From the NCBI GenBank assembly GCA_027485595.1, contig JAIXQT010000132.1, forward strand, positions 1 through 57,547: a stretch of 57,547 nucleotides of DNA, in the 5' to 3' direction. Below, piece after piece: positions 1-8,349 of this stretch (positions are counted from its first letter, which is position 1; each line of letters begins with the position of its first letter). The DNA comes from Pseudomonadota bacterium. GTDB taxonomy: Bacteria; Bdellovibrionota_C; UBA2361; OMII01. The notes below the pieces were generated by a model. It saw only the letters and a list, made by a program, of their open reading frames with translations. It did no database searches and was not told the origin of the DNA. Made by a program: the position numbers and the translations under genes.

Positions 1-1254
1 GCAGGTGTCTACCGTTTCGACGGCTTTAACGCCCGCCGAAACAACACCGGTATGCCCTACCATGTCGCAGTTCGCGAAGTTTACCACGATGAGGTCGTAC
101 GTGCCGGAACGAATCCCCTCAACAACGAGCTCAGTGACACCAGCTGCACTCATCTCAGGCTTAAGATCGTAGGTCTTCACGTCCCGAGGAGATGGAACCA
201 TCTTCCGGTCCTCACCGTCGTACGGTGTTTCAATACCGCCATTTAGGAAGTAGGTAACATGAGGATACTTCTCCGTCTCCGCTACGCGAAGTTGTTTCTT
301 CCCCGCTGCGGCTACCGCCTCACCGAGGTGATTCTTGATATCCAACTGAGCGAACAGGAAGGGAAGATGAAGGGTATGGTCGTAGTCGGTGAAACACAGA
401 ATTCGCGACGTGGGCAACACGGGGGCTGTTCGAGCGAATCCATCGAACTTCTCGGCGCAGAGAGCCGCGACGATCTCCCTCATTCGATCCTCACGGAAGT
501 TGAAGAATACGAGCCCATCCGTCGCTTCTAATGAGAGAGCTGAGGTAACCGCGGGCTCGAGGAACTCATCCGTAGTGCCTTGAGCGTAGCTCTCCGCGAT
601 GTACGAAATCAGGTCCGAAGTTTCGGTTCCCTTGCCGAGGGCGATAGCGTCATACGCAACCTGGACTCGCTCCCAGCGCTTGTCACGATCCATCGCGAAG
701 AATCGCCCACACACCGATGCGACAGAGCAACGAGGATATCCCTGTAAGAAGGTGAGAAGGTCGGCGAGATCGCTCTTGAACGCTGTTGGAGATACATCCC
801 GACCGTCGCTGATAAGATGCAAAGCGATGTGAGAGCTCTTGTTGTCCTCAACAAGGCGTTTAACGAAGAGCTTCATGTGCTCAAGGTGAGAGTGAACACC
901 GCCGCTGCTGTAGAGTCCTACGACGTGGATCGTCTTGGCGGAATCGGTCGTCTTGATGAACGAGGTATACTCTCGAGACTCTTGTAGGAAGTTGCCCTGG
1001 AAGGCTCGACTAATCCTCAGGAGCCACTGCTCAACCACACGACCAGCGCCGATATTGAGATGTCCCACCTCGGAGTTCCCCATCTGTCCATCGGGAAGTC
1101 CAACCTGTTCTCCGAAGGTGGTCAGTGTCGCGTTGGGATAGCTGTGTAAGAGCCCATCAATGATCGGCTTTTTGGCTTGAGCGATGGCGTTTCCCTCTGT
1201 TACGGGGTTGAGGCCGAATCCATCGAGAATGCAGAGAAGGGTAGGGGCTTTCAT
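1..1254 (-). CDS. gpmI: 2,3-bisphosphoglycerate-independent phosphoglycerate mutase (partial; the C-terminus runs off the left window edge)
   Basis: It is absent from the ORF track because it is open at the window edge. My translation of the minus strand from the ATG at 1254-1252 gives MKAPTLLCILDGFGLNP...QMGNSEVGHLNIGAGRVV...GGVHSH...HLISDGRD...FREDRMREI...ETEKYPHVTYFLNGG...ANCDMVGHTG. The frame is uninterrupted to position 1. These are the conserved iPGM motifs. Confidence 0.9.
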   Translation of the reverse strand, partial: MKAPTLLCILDGFGLNPVTEGNAIAQAKKPIIDGLLHSYPNATLTTFGEQVGLPDGQMGNSEVGHLNIGAGRVVEQWLLRISRAFQGNFLQESREYTSFIKTTDSAKTIHVVGLYSSGGVHSHLEHMKLFVKRLVEDNKSSHIALHLISDGRDVSPTAFKSDLADLLTFLQGYPRCSVASVCGRFFAMDRDKRWERVQVAYDAIALGKGTETSDLISYIAESYAQGTTDEFLEPAVTSALSLEATDGLVFFNFREDRMREIVAALCAEKFDGFARTAPVLPTSRILCFTDYDHTLHLPFLFAQLDIKNHLGEAVAAAGKKQLRVAETEKYPHVTYFLNGGIETPYDGEDRKMVPSPRDVKTYDLKPEMSAAGVTELVVEGIRSGTYDLIVVNFANCDMVGHTGVVSAGVKAVETVDTC

Positions 1255-1278
1255 ACGTTTTTCTTCCTATTCGTTTGG

Positions 1279-2598
1279 CTACGGCGTCGAGAGTGCCGGG
1301 GAGGGCTCACCTCTATCAGATACTAGTGGTCTCTTTCCAGTCTGCGCGGCCGGAAGAGTTGGCTCTACGAGTGATTCCCATAGGCTAGCGGTATCTTTGG
1401 AGAGCCCGAGGCGAGCCAGGCAGAGCCCCATAAGGTGAGTTCTCGTTTGAGTTTGGCCTGCGGAAAGGGAGACCTTTTCTTTCTCCGCGAGTGTGGAGAG
1501 GTTCTCAAGGAGGTCGCGCGCGTCCCCGGCGCGATTCACCGCCAGGAGTGTTTTCGCCACAACGAACTCGGCGTCGATCCTCTTAGCGCCGTGAATCCCC
1601 TGGGTCGCGCTTCGGGCGGCGGCGAGGGCGCGCTCAGCGCGACGGCTCACATCTCCCGGAGCGGAGCGCAGCCATAGATCGATAATCGCATCCCACTTCG
1701 ATAGGTCTCCCTCACATAACTTCGCCCCTTTTACGAGCAGCTCGGCTCCCTCCTCCAGGCGTCCTCGTGCGATCTCAAGTTGAGCGAGTCGCTCGAGAGC
1801 GGGGATATAGGTGGGATGCTTCTTCACAAATAATGTGAGGGTTTCGCGAAGTGAGTTCTCGTTCTCAACAGATCTAACGAGTTGTTCGAAAGAGATGCGG
1901 GTCTTCGCCGCGATCATCTCTTCGGAAACGTGACCGATCTTCTCAAGCGCGCGTTGGTAATCCATAGCGTCGTCCATTCGACCGAGTTCCTCTGCAATGT
2001 TTCGCGCAAGCTCAAGGGCTCTTCTGGTGGGCGCCTCGTGGACAATCATCGCGAGGTTATCCTTCGCGGCGGTGTTGTTGCCGAGTTTGCGGTTGAGTTC
2101 GGCTGCTTTGAAGAGGACCGCAGCGTTCATGTGATTGCTCGCTCGCATAGCGTCGAGAACTTTAAGCGCCTCCCGACAATCTCCGAGCTTTTCAACGCAG
2201 GTCGCGAGCTCAACTCGAGCGATTGTGTTCTCCGGATCCTGGTGAAGGATCTGCTCCCAAATCGCTCGTGCTGCCCCCCATTCTTCGCTCGCCATGAAGC
2301 TTCGAGCCTTCAGGAAGAGCTCGAAGAAGAGTTGGTGGGAACGAGCGGCCGATCGAAGCTTTCGCTCTCGCAAATAGCTCTTGAATCCGAAGAAGAGCGC
2401 TACCACCGAAGCTACGAGGCACCCGATGAAGAACACGCCCAGGTAGATAACACCGGCATATGTTGTGAGGGTAACGTCTGGCCCGATTTTAATGGTGGCT
2501 GTCTCTGAGTTGGTGAGGGTGATGTAGAGGGTGACGGCGATAAGGAGGGCTAGAGCGATGAGTCGATTGAATTGACGCAGCATGCGGAGGGTCCTCAA
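1279..2598 (-). CDS. membrane-anchored tetratricopeptide-repeat protein (LapB/YciM-like architecture, without an obvious C-terminal zinc-ribbon)
   Basis: 439-aa ORF. It has two N-terminal hydrophobic helices (LIALALLIAVTLYITL, GVIYLGVFFIGCLVASVVALFFGF) followed by repeated TPR-like Ala/Leu-rich helical pairs. Confidence 0.6.
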   Translation of the reverse strand: MRTLRMLRQFNRLIALALLIAVTLYITLTNSETATIKIGPDVTLTTYAGVIYLGVFFIGCLVASVVALFFGFKSYLRERKLRSAARSHQLFFELFLKARSFMASEEWGAARAIWEQILHQDPENTIARVELATCVEKLGDCREALKVLDAMRASNHMNAAVLFKAAELNRKLGNNTAAKDNLAMIVHEAPTRRALELARNIAEELGRMDDAMDYQRALEKIGHVSEEMIAAKTRISFEQLVRSVENENSLRETLTLFVKKHPTYIPALERLAQLEIARGRLEEGAELLVKGAKLCEGDLSKWDAIIDLWLRSAPGDVSRRAERALAAARSATQGIHGAKRIDAEFVVAKTLLAVNRAGDARDLLENLSTLAEKEKVSLSAGQTQTRTHLMGLCLARLGLSKDTASLWESLVEPTLPAAQTGKRPLVSDRGEPSPALSTP

Positions 2599-2790
2599 AC
2601 ATTCGTTTCGCCCATCCTACCTTGCGCCTCTTTTCCATGTACATACACAGGTCGCATCAAATACCGAGTTTACCCGAAGTTCCTTTTATAAAGCCGTGCA
2701 CGTGAACGTAACCGTGCGCGTCCCCGAAATAAAAGTGAATAGTTGAGGTGCCATGCAAATTCCCGCGTACCTCCCAAGAGCCCCCCTCCC

Positions 2791-2830
2791 CAAAACAAAA
2801 CCCCACTACCGTATCTCTACAGTAGTGGGG
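2791..2830 (-). terminator. Rho-independent terminator downstream of minE
   Basis: On the minus strand, CCCCACTAC (12-nt loop) GTAGTGGGG is followed by TTTTGTTTTG. It lies 25 nt after the minE stop. Confidence 0.75.
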
Positions 2831-2854
2831 TCTCGTTGAGGCCTGAGCCTTGGC

Positions 2855-3208
2855 CTACACGTTGGAGGCTACCGCGGCTGTCTCTGTATCGGTCTCGTTC
2901 TCTGGCTCTGTCTCCGTGAGGCGAGAGCTCTTTGAGCTCGATCCTGACGTCGAGCGCCGAACGATAACCGGGGAGTTAATGAGCAGGGTCGTTGTATCAG
3001 CGAGGCGGTGGTACTTGATATCGAAGCCTTCCTTGTCGATCACGAAGTACTTCTCGATGACCTTAACCATCTCCTCTCGGAAACCTGCCATCTCCTCGTT
3101 TGTAAGCCCTGTTCGGTCCTGAACAAGAACGAAGTGAAGTCGGCTCTTTGCTGTTTCTTTGCTTTCGTTGCTCTCGCCAAAGAGCTTTTTCTTGAGCGCG
3201 TTAAACAC
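2855..3208 (-). CDS. minE: cell division topological specificity factor MinE
   Basis: The N-terminus MFNALKKKLFG...SKETAKSRLHFVLVQDR and the YFVIDKEGFDIKY segment match MinE. It lies immediately downstream of minD. Confidence 0.9.
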   Translation of the reverse strand: MFNALKKKLFGESNESKETAKSRLHFVLVQDRTGLTNEEMAGFREEMVKVIEKYFVIDKEGFDIKYHRLADTTTLLINSPVIVRRSTSGSSSKSSRLTETEPENETDTETAAVASNV

Positions 3209-3309
3209 GATTTGAAACTCCCTCAGTTGTCGGAAAAACTTCGTTTCCGTTTGAACTAACTGTTACGTAACTCTAACTGTAAATAAACAACCCGTACAGA
3301 TGAAAACCG

Positions 3310-4137
3310 CTATGCGTTCACACCAAGTTTACGGCCAATGCGGCTCCAGAGAGATCCAGAGTCAAAAGTTGGAACCGGAACCTGCTCGCCACACACTCGC
3401 GCAGCGATACGGGTAAACGCTTGCCCTGCCTTTGATTTCTGGTTGTATACGACCGGCTCTCCGCAGTTTGCGGCCGAGATTATCTGGTCGTCTCGCTCTA
3501 CGACGCCGATGATCTCAATACCCAAGATGTCCTGGACATCTCGAACTGAAAGCATGTCACCGCGGCGAACCATCTCGAAGTCGATGCGGTTGATGATGAG
3601 CTTAGCCTCGATCCCCTTCGACGAGAGGAGTCCGACCACGCGGTCAGCGTCACGGATAGCGGATACCTCTGGAGTTGTCACCACGATAGCTGACTCAGCA
3701 CCAGCGCACGCGTTGCGGAAGCCCTGCTCGATGCCGGCTGGGGAATCCACGAGGACGTAGTGAAACTCACGTCGGAACTGCTCAAGCACGTACCGAATCT
3801 CTGCCTCATCGACGACATCCTTATCGTCCGTTTGAGAAGCTGGTAAGAGGTAGAGATTGTTTGACTTCTTGGACTTGATGATAGCTTGGGCCGGTTTGCA
3901 GATCTTCTTCGCCACATCCACGACGTTGAAGACGATGCGGTTCTCAAGACCAAGCATCATGTCAAGGTTGCGGAGACCGATGTCGGCGTCGACAACAAGT
4001 ACCCGTTGACCACGGAGGGCAAGAGCCGCGCCGAGGCTAGCGGTAGTCGTTGTTTTTCCAACTCCACCTTTTCCGGAGGTAATTACGATTACCTCGCCGA
4101 GGTCCTTCTTTCCTGCGTTCTCTCTTCGCGTATTCAT
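3310..4137 (-). CDS. minD: septum site-determining ATPase MinD
   Basis: It has a deviant Walker A (ITSGKGGVGKTTTTASLG), the DADIGLRNLD motif and a C-terminal amphipathic helix. It sits between minC and minE. Confidence 0.95.
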   Translation of the reverse strand: MNTRRENAGKKDLGEVIVITSGKGGVGKTTTTASLGAALALRGQRVLVVDADIGLRNLDMMLGLENRIVFNVVDVAKKICKPAQAIIKSKKSNNLYLLPASQTDDKDVVDEAEIRYVLEQFRREFHYVLVDSPAGIEQGFRNACAGAESAIVVTTPEVSAIRDADRVVGLLSSKGIEAKLIINRIDFEMVRRGDMLSVRDVQDILGIEIIGVVERDDQIISAANCGEPVVYNQKSKAGQAFTRIAARVCGEQVPVPTFDSGSLWSRIGRKLGVNA

Positions 4138-4140
4138 CGA

Positions 4141-5073
4141 TTACTCCCTTCTACGTGCCCAAACAGTTCGTGATTGGTAAGGTTCTACAATAATAAGATT
4201 TCCCTCGACTCGGGCGATCTCTGGAATGCCACCGCGAGGGGTGCTCTCGTAATTCTCGGATCCCGCTCCGCGAGAGATGACGAGGCCGATACGAAGCTGC
4301 GTTGGCTGGAGATTGAGGCTGAAGATTACTCGACCTCCGCCGCTTTCATCATAAGCGCCAGCGTGGGCGATTCCACGTAGCGTGCCCAAGATAACGATAT
4401 CACCACCAGCGATTACCTCGGCTCCGGAATTCACATCTCCGAAGACGACGATAGAGTGTTCGGTTTCAACCTTCTGTCCAGAGCGAAGGGTGCCATAAAT
4501 AATGCGGGTATCTGGCTCGTCCCACAGCATAGAGTTAGCAGCGACACTTGAGCGGCTTTCGATGCTATCCATGCCATCGAAGAGGCTCACATTTCTCTCG
4601 GGGGCTGGTGCAGTAATTCGGGTTTGCGAGCTCGTTCGTTGACCAGCGAACATAGAGGTGCTGCTCTCACTTGTCGGCGTCTTAGCGGCGCCTCCCCTGA
4701 GTTTGGAGCTTCGAACGGATACCTTAAATTCGGAAGCCAGAAGAGCAGTAAGATCGTGGACGAGGTCATCGCTTGGCTTACGACCGACCCACTCAAAGGC
4801 CACGTCATTTCCTTGGAGAAATGAGCGGCGCGATTCAAGGAAGTCACGAACCGCAACGGTCAGGTCGTGCTCTTGTACTCGTCCGTCGACTCGAAGAACG
4901 AGTCCCTCAGCGGTGCCACGAGCGGTGATGACGCTACTGCGGGCTTCCCCCTCGTGGTCGTCAACTTTTAAGGGAGAGGTTGAGATTCCTAAACCCGCTA
5001 TCCCCACATTTTCAAGGGGGGAGGCTCCGGCCTCACATCCCACATTGTCGTCATCGTTGAACGAACCAGTCAT
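4141..5073 (-). CDS. minC: septum formation inhibitor MinC
   Basis: The C-terminal beta-helix repeat is GTLRSGQKVETEHSIVVFGDVNSGAEVIAGGDIVILGTLRGIAHAG. It is upstream of minD with a 3-nt gap. The ORF is open to 5250, but the ATG at 5073 has a GGAG 4-5 nt upstream, so the start is uncertain. Confidence 0.8.
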   Translation of the reverse strand: MTGSFNDDDNVGCEAGASPLENVGIAGLGISTSPLKVDDHEGEARSSVITARGTAEGLVLRVDGRVQEHDLTVAVRDFLESRRSFLQGNDVAFEWVGRKPSDDLVHDLTALLASEFKVSVRSSKLRGGAAKTPTSESSTSMFAGQRTSSQTRITAPAPERNVSLFDGMDSIESRSSVAANSMLWDEPDTRIIYGTLRSGQKVETEHSIVVFGDVNSGAEVIAGGDIVILGTLRGIAHAGAYDESGGGRVIFSLNLQPTQLRIGLVISRGAGSENYESTPRGGIPEIARVEGNLIIVEPYQSRTVWARRRE

Positions 5074-5494
5074 AATACTCCAAGAAGCAAGAGGGCGGCA
5101 TTCTAGTGCCGGGATATGAAAAAATCCAGGATAAAAACCGCGCTGAAAAATTCCGACGCGCCCTGAAATGTATTTCATAACGAGTCTCTCGTTGGCCGTG
5201 TGCCATGTATGAGATATTTCACGAATGCTCGCAAAAAACCCCGATGACACATTCCGTGAATCGAGTTACTTTAAGCGACTTATACCAAAGCGACGATCCT
5301 AACGTCAACAAACAAGTTTTGAAAAACCTTGCCGCCGTGAAAAAGAAATCGCGTGTTTTGTTCAAAAAACGCTCGACTTGCTCTTTACTTTTGCGCGCGC
5401 CTTGAGATGTGTTTCGGGCGAGGGAGAAACGGCGGTCGAACGACTGATCATTCGTCGTGTGTTCTCGTCACGTCCGTGGCATAGTTGAGACCGC

Positions 5495-5959
5495 ATGTCT
5501 TCACGATTGGCGTCATTTATTAGCAGTGGGTTCGGAAGTGGGTACGCGCCACAAGCGCCTGGAACGTGTGGCACAGTGGCCGCCGCCGTTGTGTGGATTG
5601 GAATGTCGTGGGCCGGTGCGCTCTCCTCTCCGCTGACGCACATCGCGTTCGCGGTCCTCATAATACTTCTGGGAATGGGCGCAATTCGATTGAGTTTAGC
5701 TGGACTCTCCGCCAAGGATCCCCAGTGGATCGTGATCGATGAGTGGGCGGGGTTGTTTGTCGCCCTTATTGGAGCGGATTCAACAGCTCTCTGGCAGGTT
5801 CTCCTCGCCGTGGTCCTCTTTCGGTTCTTCGATATCTCAAAAGTGGGCCCGATCCGTGTGGCTGAACGACTTCCGGGTGCCGTTGGAATTATGGCCGATG
5901 ATGTTGTGGCGGGGGCTTTCGCGCTGCTTGGAATGGTCGCCGCGAGGTATGTTCTGTGA
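5495..5959 (+). CDS. pgpA: phosphatidylglycerophosphatase A
   Basis: The motifs SGFGSGYAPQAPGTCGTVAA, IVIDEWAG and FRFFDISKVGPI are characteristic PgpA motifs. Confidence 0.85.
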   Translation: MSSRLASFISSGFGSGYAPQAPGTCGTVAAAVVWIGMSWAGALSSPLTHIAFAVLIILLGMGAIRLSLAGLSAKDPQWIVIDEWAGLFVALIGADSTALWQVLLAVVLFRFFDISKVGPIRVAERLPGAVGIMADDVVAGAFALLGMVAARYVL

Positions 5960-7056
5960 TGAATGCTATCGGTTTTGTGAGGCGAGTTCGTCGGTCGTTG
6001 CTCGCGTGCGCGGCTGTGCTCGTGACGGGCGCCGCAGCGTGCTCTCCTGGATATGTTCTTCGCGGTGCATATGAGCAGAGCAAGATACTCCTCGCTCGTC
6101 GGGATATCTCCAGTGTTATCGAGGACCCGTCTACCTCACCGGACAATCGGGAGAAGCTGCGTGTGGTCCTTGAAGCGCGCGAGTTCTCTGAGCGAATAGG
6201 GCTCAATCCCGGGGGGTCGTTTAAGAGCTTCGCCGAGGTTTCTCGTGATCCCCTTGCGTGGGTTGTAGTTGCTTCTCGGCGAGACGCCTTTGCGATGTAT
6301 ACGTGGTGGTTTCCGATAGTTGGTGCCGTGCCCTACAAGGGGTTCTTCGATAAAGGCGACGCTGAGGCGCAAGTAAAGGAGCTTCAAGGCCATGGATTCG
6401 AGGCGTCTATGCGAGGCACCGAGGCTTTTAGTACCCTCGGGTGGTTTGACGATCCAGTGGTTTCAACAACCCTCAAGAATGCCCCAAGCCGAATCGCGAA
6501 CACCGTGATTCACGAGAGTGTGCATACCACTGTATGGATACCGGGCAGCGTTCCCTTTAATGAAAGTCTGGCTAATTTTGTCGGGTCACAGGGGGCTGTC
6601 GCCCTCTTCTCGGAGAGAGTGAAGCGGTGCCGTGAGATGGGGCAGTCGTGTGGGGATGATGAGAAGCGGCTCGCAGCAGCGCAAAGGGAGTACGCGTTTC
6701 AATTTGAGCTTGCGGAGTTAGTGGAAACCCTCTTCGCGTCACTTGAGACACTCTACAATAATCCAGGCCTGACATCTGAGGAGAAGATCGCGCAACGAGG
6801 AAAGGTCTTCGACTCTATAATGCAACCGTTCCGTCAGCGGTTCCCAAACCTTCAGATCCTCAAAGAGGTGAATAACGCGGACATCATTCAATTGAAGCTC
6901 TATCTGTCGAATATCTGGTTGTTTCGAGAACTCTTCATTCGACGCGACCAAGATTGGGGAGCCTTTATGAACGCCATCCGGGAAGTTCAGAAAAAAATGG
7001 AAGATGAGAATTCCTCGGACCCTTTCGCGCTACTTCAAGACATTGTACGAAGGTAA
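5956..7056 (+). CDS. predicted zinc aminopeptidase (putative-aminopeptidase lipoprotein family, COG4324-like)
   Basis: It has a signal/lipobox-like N-terminus (LLACAAVLVTGAAAC). The segments WWFPIVGAVPYKGFFDKGDA...AFSTLGWFDDPV and the HExxH motif (VIHESVHTT) are typical of this family. It overlaps the pgpA stop by 4 nt. Confidence 0.7.
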   Translation: MMNAIGFVRRVRRSLLACAAVLVTGAAACSPGYVLRGAYEQSKILLARRDISSVIEDPSTSPDNREKLRVVLEAREFSERIGLNPGGSFKSFAEVSRDPLAWVVVASRRDAFAMYTWWFPIVGAVPYKGFFDKGDAEAQVKELQGHGFEASMRGTEAFSTLGWFDDPVVSTTLKNAPSRIANTVIHESVHTTVWIPGSVPFNESLANFVGSQGAVALFSERVKRCREMGQSCGDDEKRLAAAQREYAFQFELAELVETLFASLETLYNNPGLTSEEKIAQRGKVFDSIMQPFRQRFPNLQILKEVNNADIIQLKLYLSNIWLFRELFIRRDQDWGAFMNAIREVQKKMEDENSSDPFALLQDIVRR

Positions 7057-7075
7057 ACAAAATCGGAGGGTCAGC

Positions 7076-7999
7076 ATGACTTCATTCGCGGATCGACTTC
7101 AAGCATCAATTCTTTCCTCGCAGAGCGCGCTTGTCGCAGGATGCGACCCCGTACTTGAGAAGCTACCTGCCTTCTTGCTCGACGAGGCGCAACGAACGAC
7201 GAAGAGTGATAGTGAGTTCGTTGAAAGGGCGCTCTCTCGATTTGGCGAGATATTTCTCTCAGCGGTTACGGGAAAGGTCGCCGCCATCAAACCGAACATC
7301 GCCTTCTTCGAACAGTATGGATTGCCCGGATTACACGCGTTCAAACGTCTCTGTGATTCTATTCGAGTGGCGCGCGTGCCGCTTATTATTGACGCGAAGC
7401 GCGGGGATATCGGTTCAACGGCCGCTGCTTACAGCGCCGCGTTTATCAGCGGGGTAACGATTCGTGGTTCTCGACACGTCGCGTTTGAGTGTGATGCTCT
7501 CACGATCAATCCGTTCCTTGGCTTCGACACGCTAGAGCCCTTCGTCTCTGATTGTGAAGAGTACGGCAAAGGTCTTTTTATCCTCCTACAAACCTCAAAT
7601 CCTGGAGCGAAGGATATTCAGGGATTAGAGAGCGAAGGGAAAACGGTGAGTGGTCACGTGGCTGAGTGGCTCGCCGCAAACGCCTCCCGCCTCGAAGGGG
7701 AGTGTGGGTTCTCCGGTTTAGGAGCGGTTGTTGGCGCCTCATATCCTGAGGAAGCCCGAGCCCTCAGAGCGGCACTTCCCTCAACGTTCTTTTTGATGCC
7801 CGGTTTTGGTGCGCAAGGGGCTGGAGCGGATGACGCGACAGCGGGATTCGCAGAGCGTAACGGTTCTCGAGGTGGCGCGCTTGTAAACGTATCGCGTGGG
7901 TTGCTCGAAGGGAGCTCGGATAGTGAGATATCGCTTGAACAGCTTATCTGGTCCAACGTCGAAAAGTTCAACGGTCAGTTGCGACGCGCGCTGGCGTAA
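7076..7999 (+). CDS. pyrF: orotidine 5-prime-phosphate decarboxylase, type 2
   Basis: It has the DAKRGDIGSTAAAY signature and a C-terminal GxGAQG motif (PGFGAQGAG). The ATG at 7076 is preceded by GGAGGG. The ORF track frame opens at 7004. Confidence 0.9.
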   Translation: MTSFADRLQASILSSQSALVAGCDPVLEKLPAFLLDEAQRTTKSDSEFVERALSRFGEIFLSAVTGKVAAIKPNIAFFEQYGLPGLHAFKRLCDSIRVARVPLIIDAKRGDIGSTAAAYSAAFISGVTIRGSRHVAFECDALTINPFLGFDTLEPFVSDCEEYGKGLFILLQTSNPGAKDIQGLESEGKTVSGHVAEWLAANASRLEGECGFSGLGAVVGASYPEEARALRAALPSTFFLMPGFGAQGAGADDATAGFAERNGSRGGALVNVSRGLLEGSSDSEISLEQLIWSNVEKFNGQLRRALA

Positions 8000-8056
8000 C
8001 CTTCGCTACTCCCCACCATACTAGTGGCTCCGGTAGCATGAGGCCGTGAGGAACTC

Positions 8057-8243
8057 TATCAGGGTGGTGAAAAATGATTTCCTGTTGCGCATTTCGATGG
8101 TTTGGCTCCAACCTCGTTGGAGCCAACGAAAAAATCCTCAACGTATCTTCGTGGATACGCCTCCGGTTTTTTCGTCGTCTCCGCCCCGTTTCGCCGAAAC
8201 CCTCACAATGCTCACGACGGAACCATTTTTCACCACCCTGCTA
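8057..8243. mobile_element. MITE-like TA-flanked inverted-repeat element, copy A (long form, 187 bp)
   Basis: The ends read TA|TCAGGGTGGTGAAAAATGATTTCC ... GGAACCATTTTTCACCACCCTGC|TA. The same sequence recurs at 13836, 17557, 19669, 25556 and 28163. The short ORFs predicted inside it (8046..8279 and others) are artefacts of the repeat. Confidence 0.7.
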
Positions 8244-8349
8244 TACGTATCAGCGGGTTGCGCAGGATTTGGCCGGTAGTCGCGAGGCCGCGATGATCCA
8301 GTAGTGGTGAAGCAGGAATAAGAACCTCGAAAGGGGTACTATCTCCCCT

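Noticed and set aside
1882-2508. Long antisense or alternative-frame ORFs lie inside well-supported genes. Examples are 1882..2508, 3338..3760, 4658..5119, 9289..9672, 16143..16550, 30181..30819, 32050..32469, 48239..48568 and 56410..56832.
   Set aside because: Each lies within a gene that has clear family motifs on the other strand or frame. Their compositions are typical of shadow ORFs in moderately GC-rich DNA.
8046-8304. ORFs predicted inside the repeat copies (8046..8279, 8074..8304, 8102..8296, 13681..13899, 28065..28265) share a peptide such as MVKNDFLLR(I/L)SMV.
   Set aside because: The shared peptide simply reflects the conserved nucleotide repeat. The frames differ in length and end between copies, and the short form deletes most of the ORF. 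There is no transposase-like or other protein signature.
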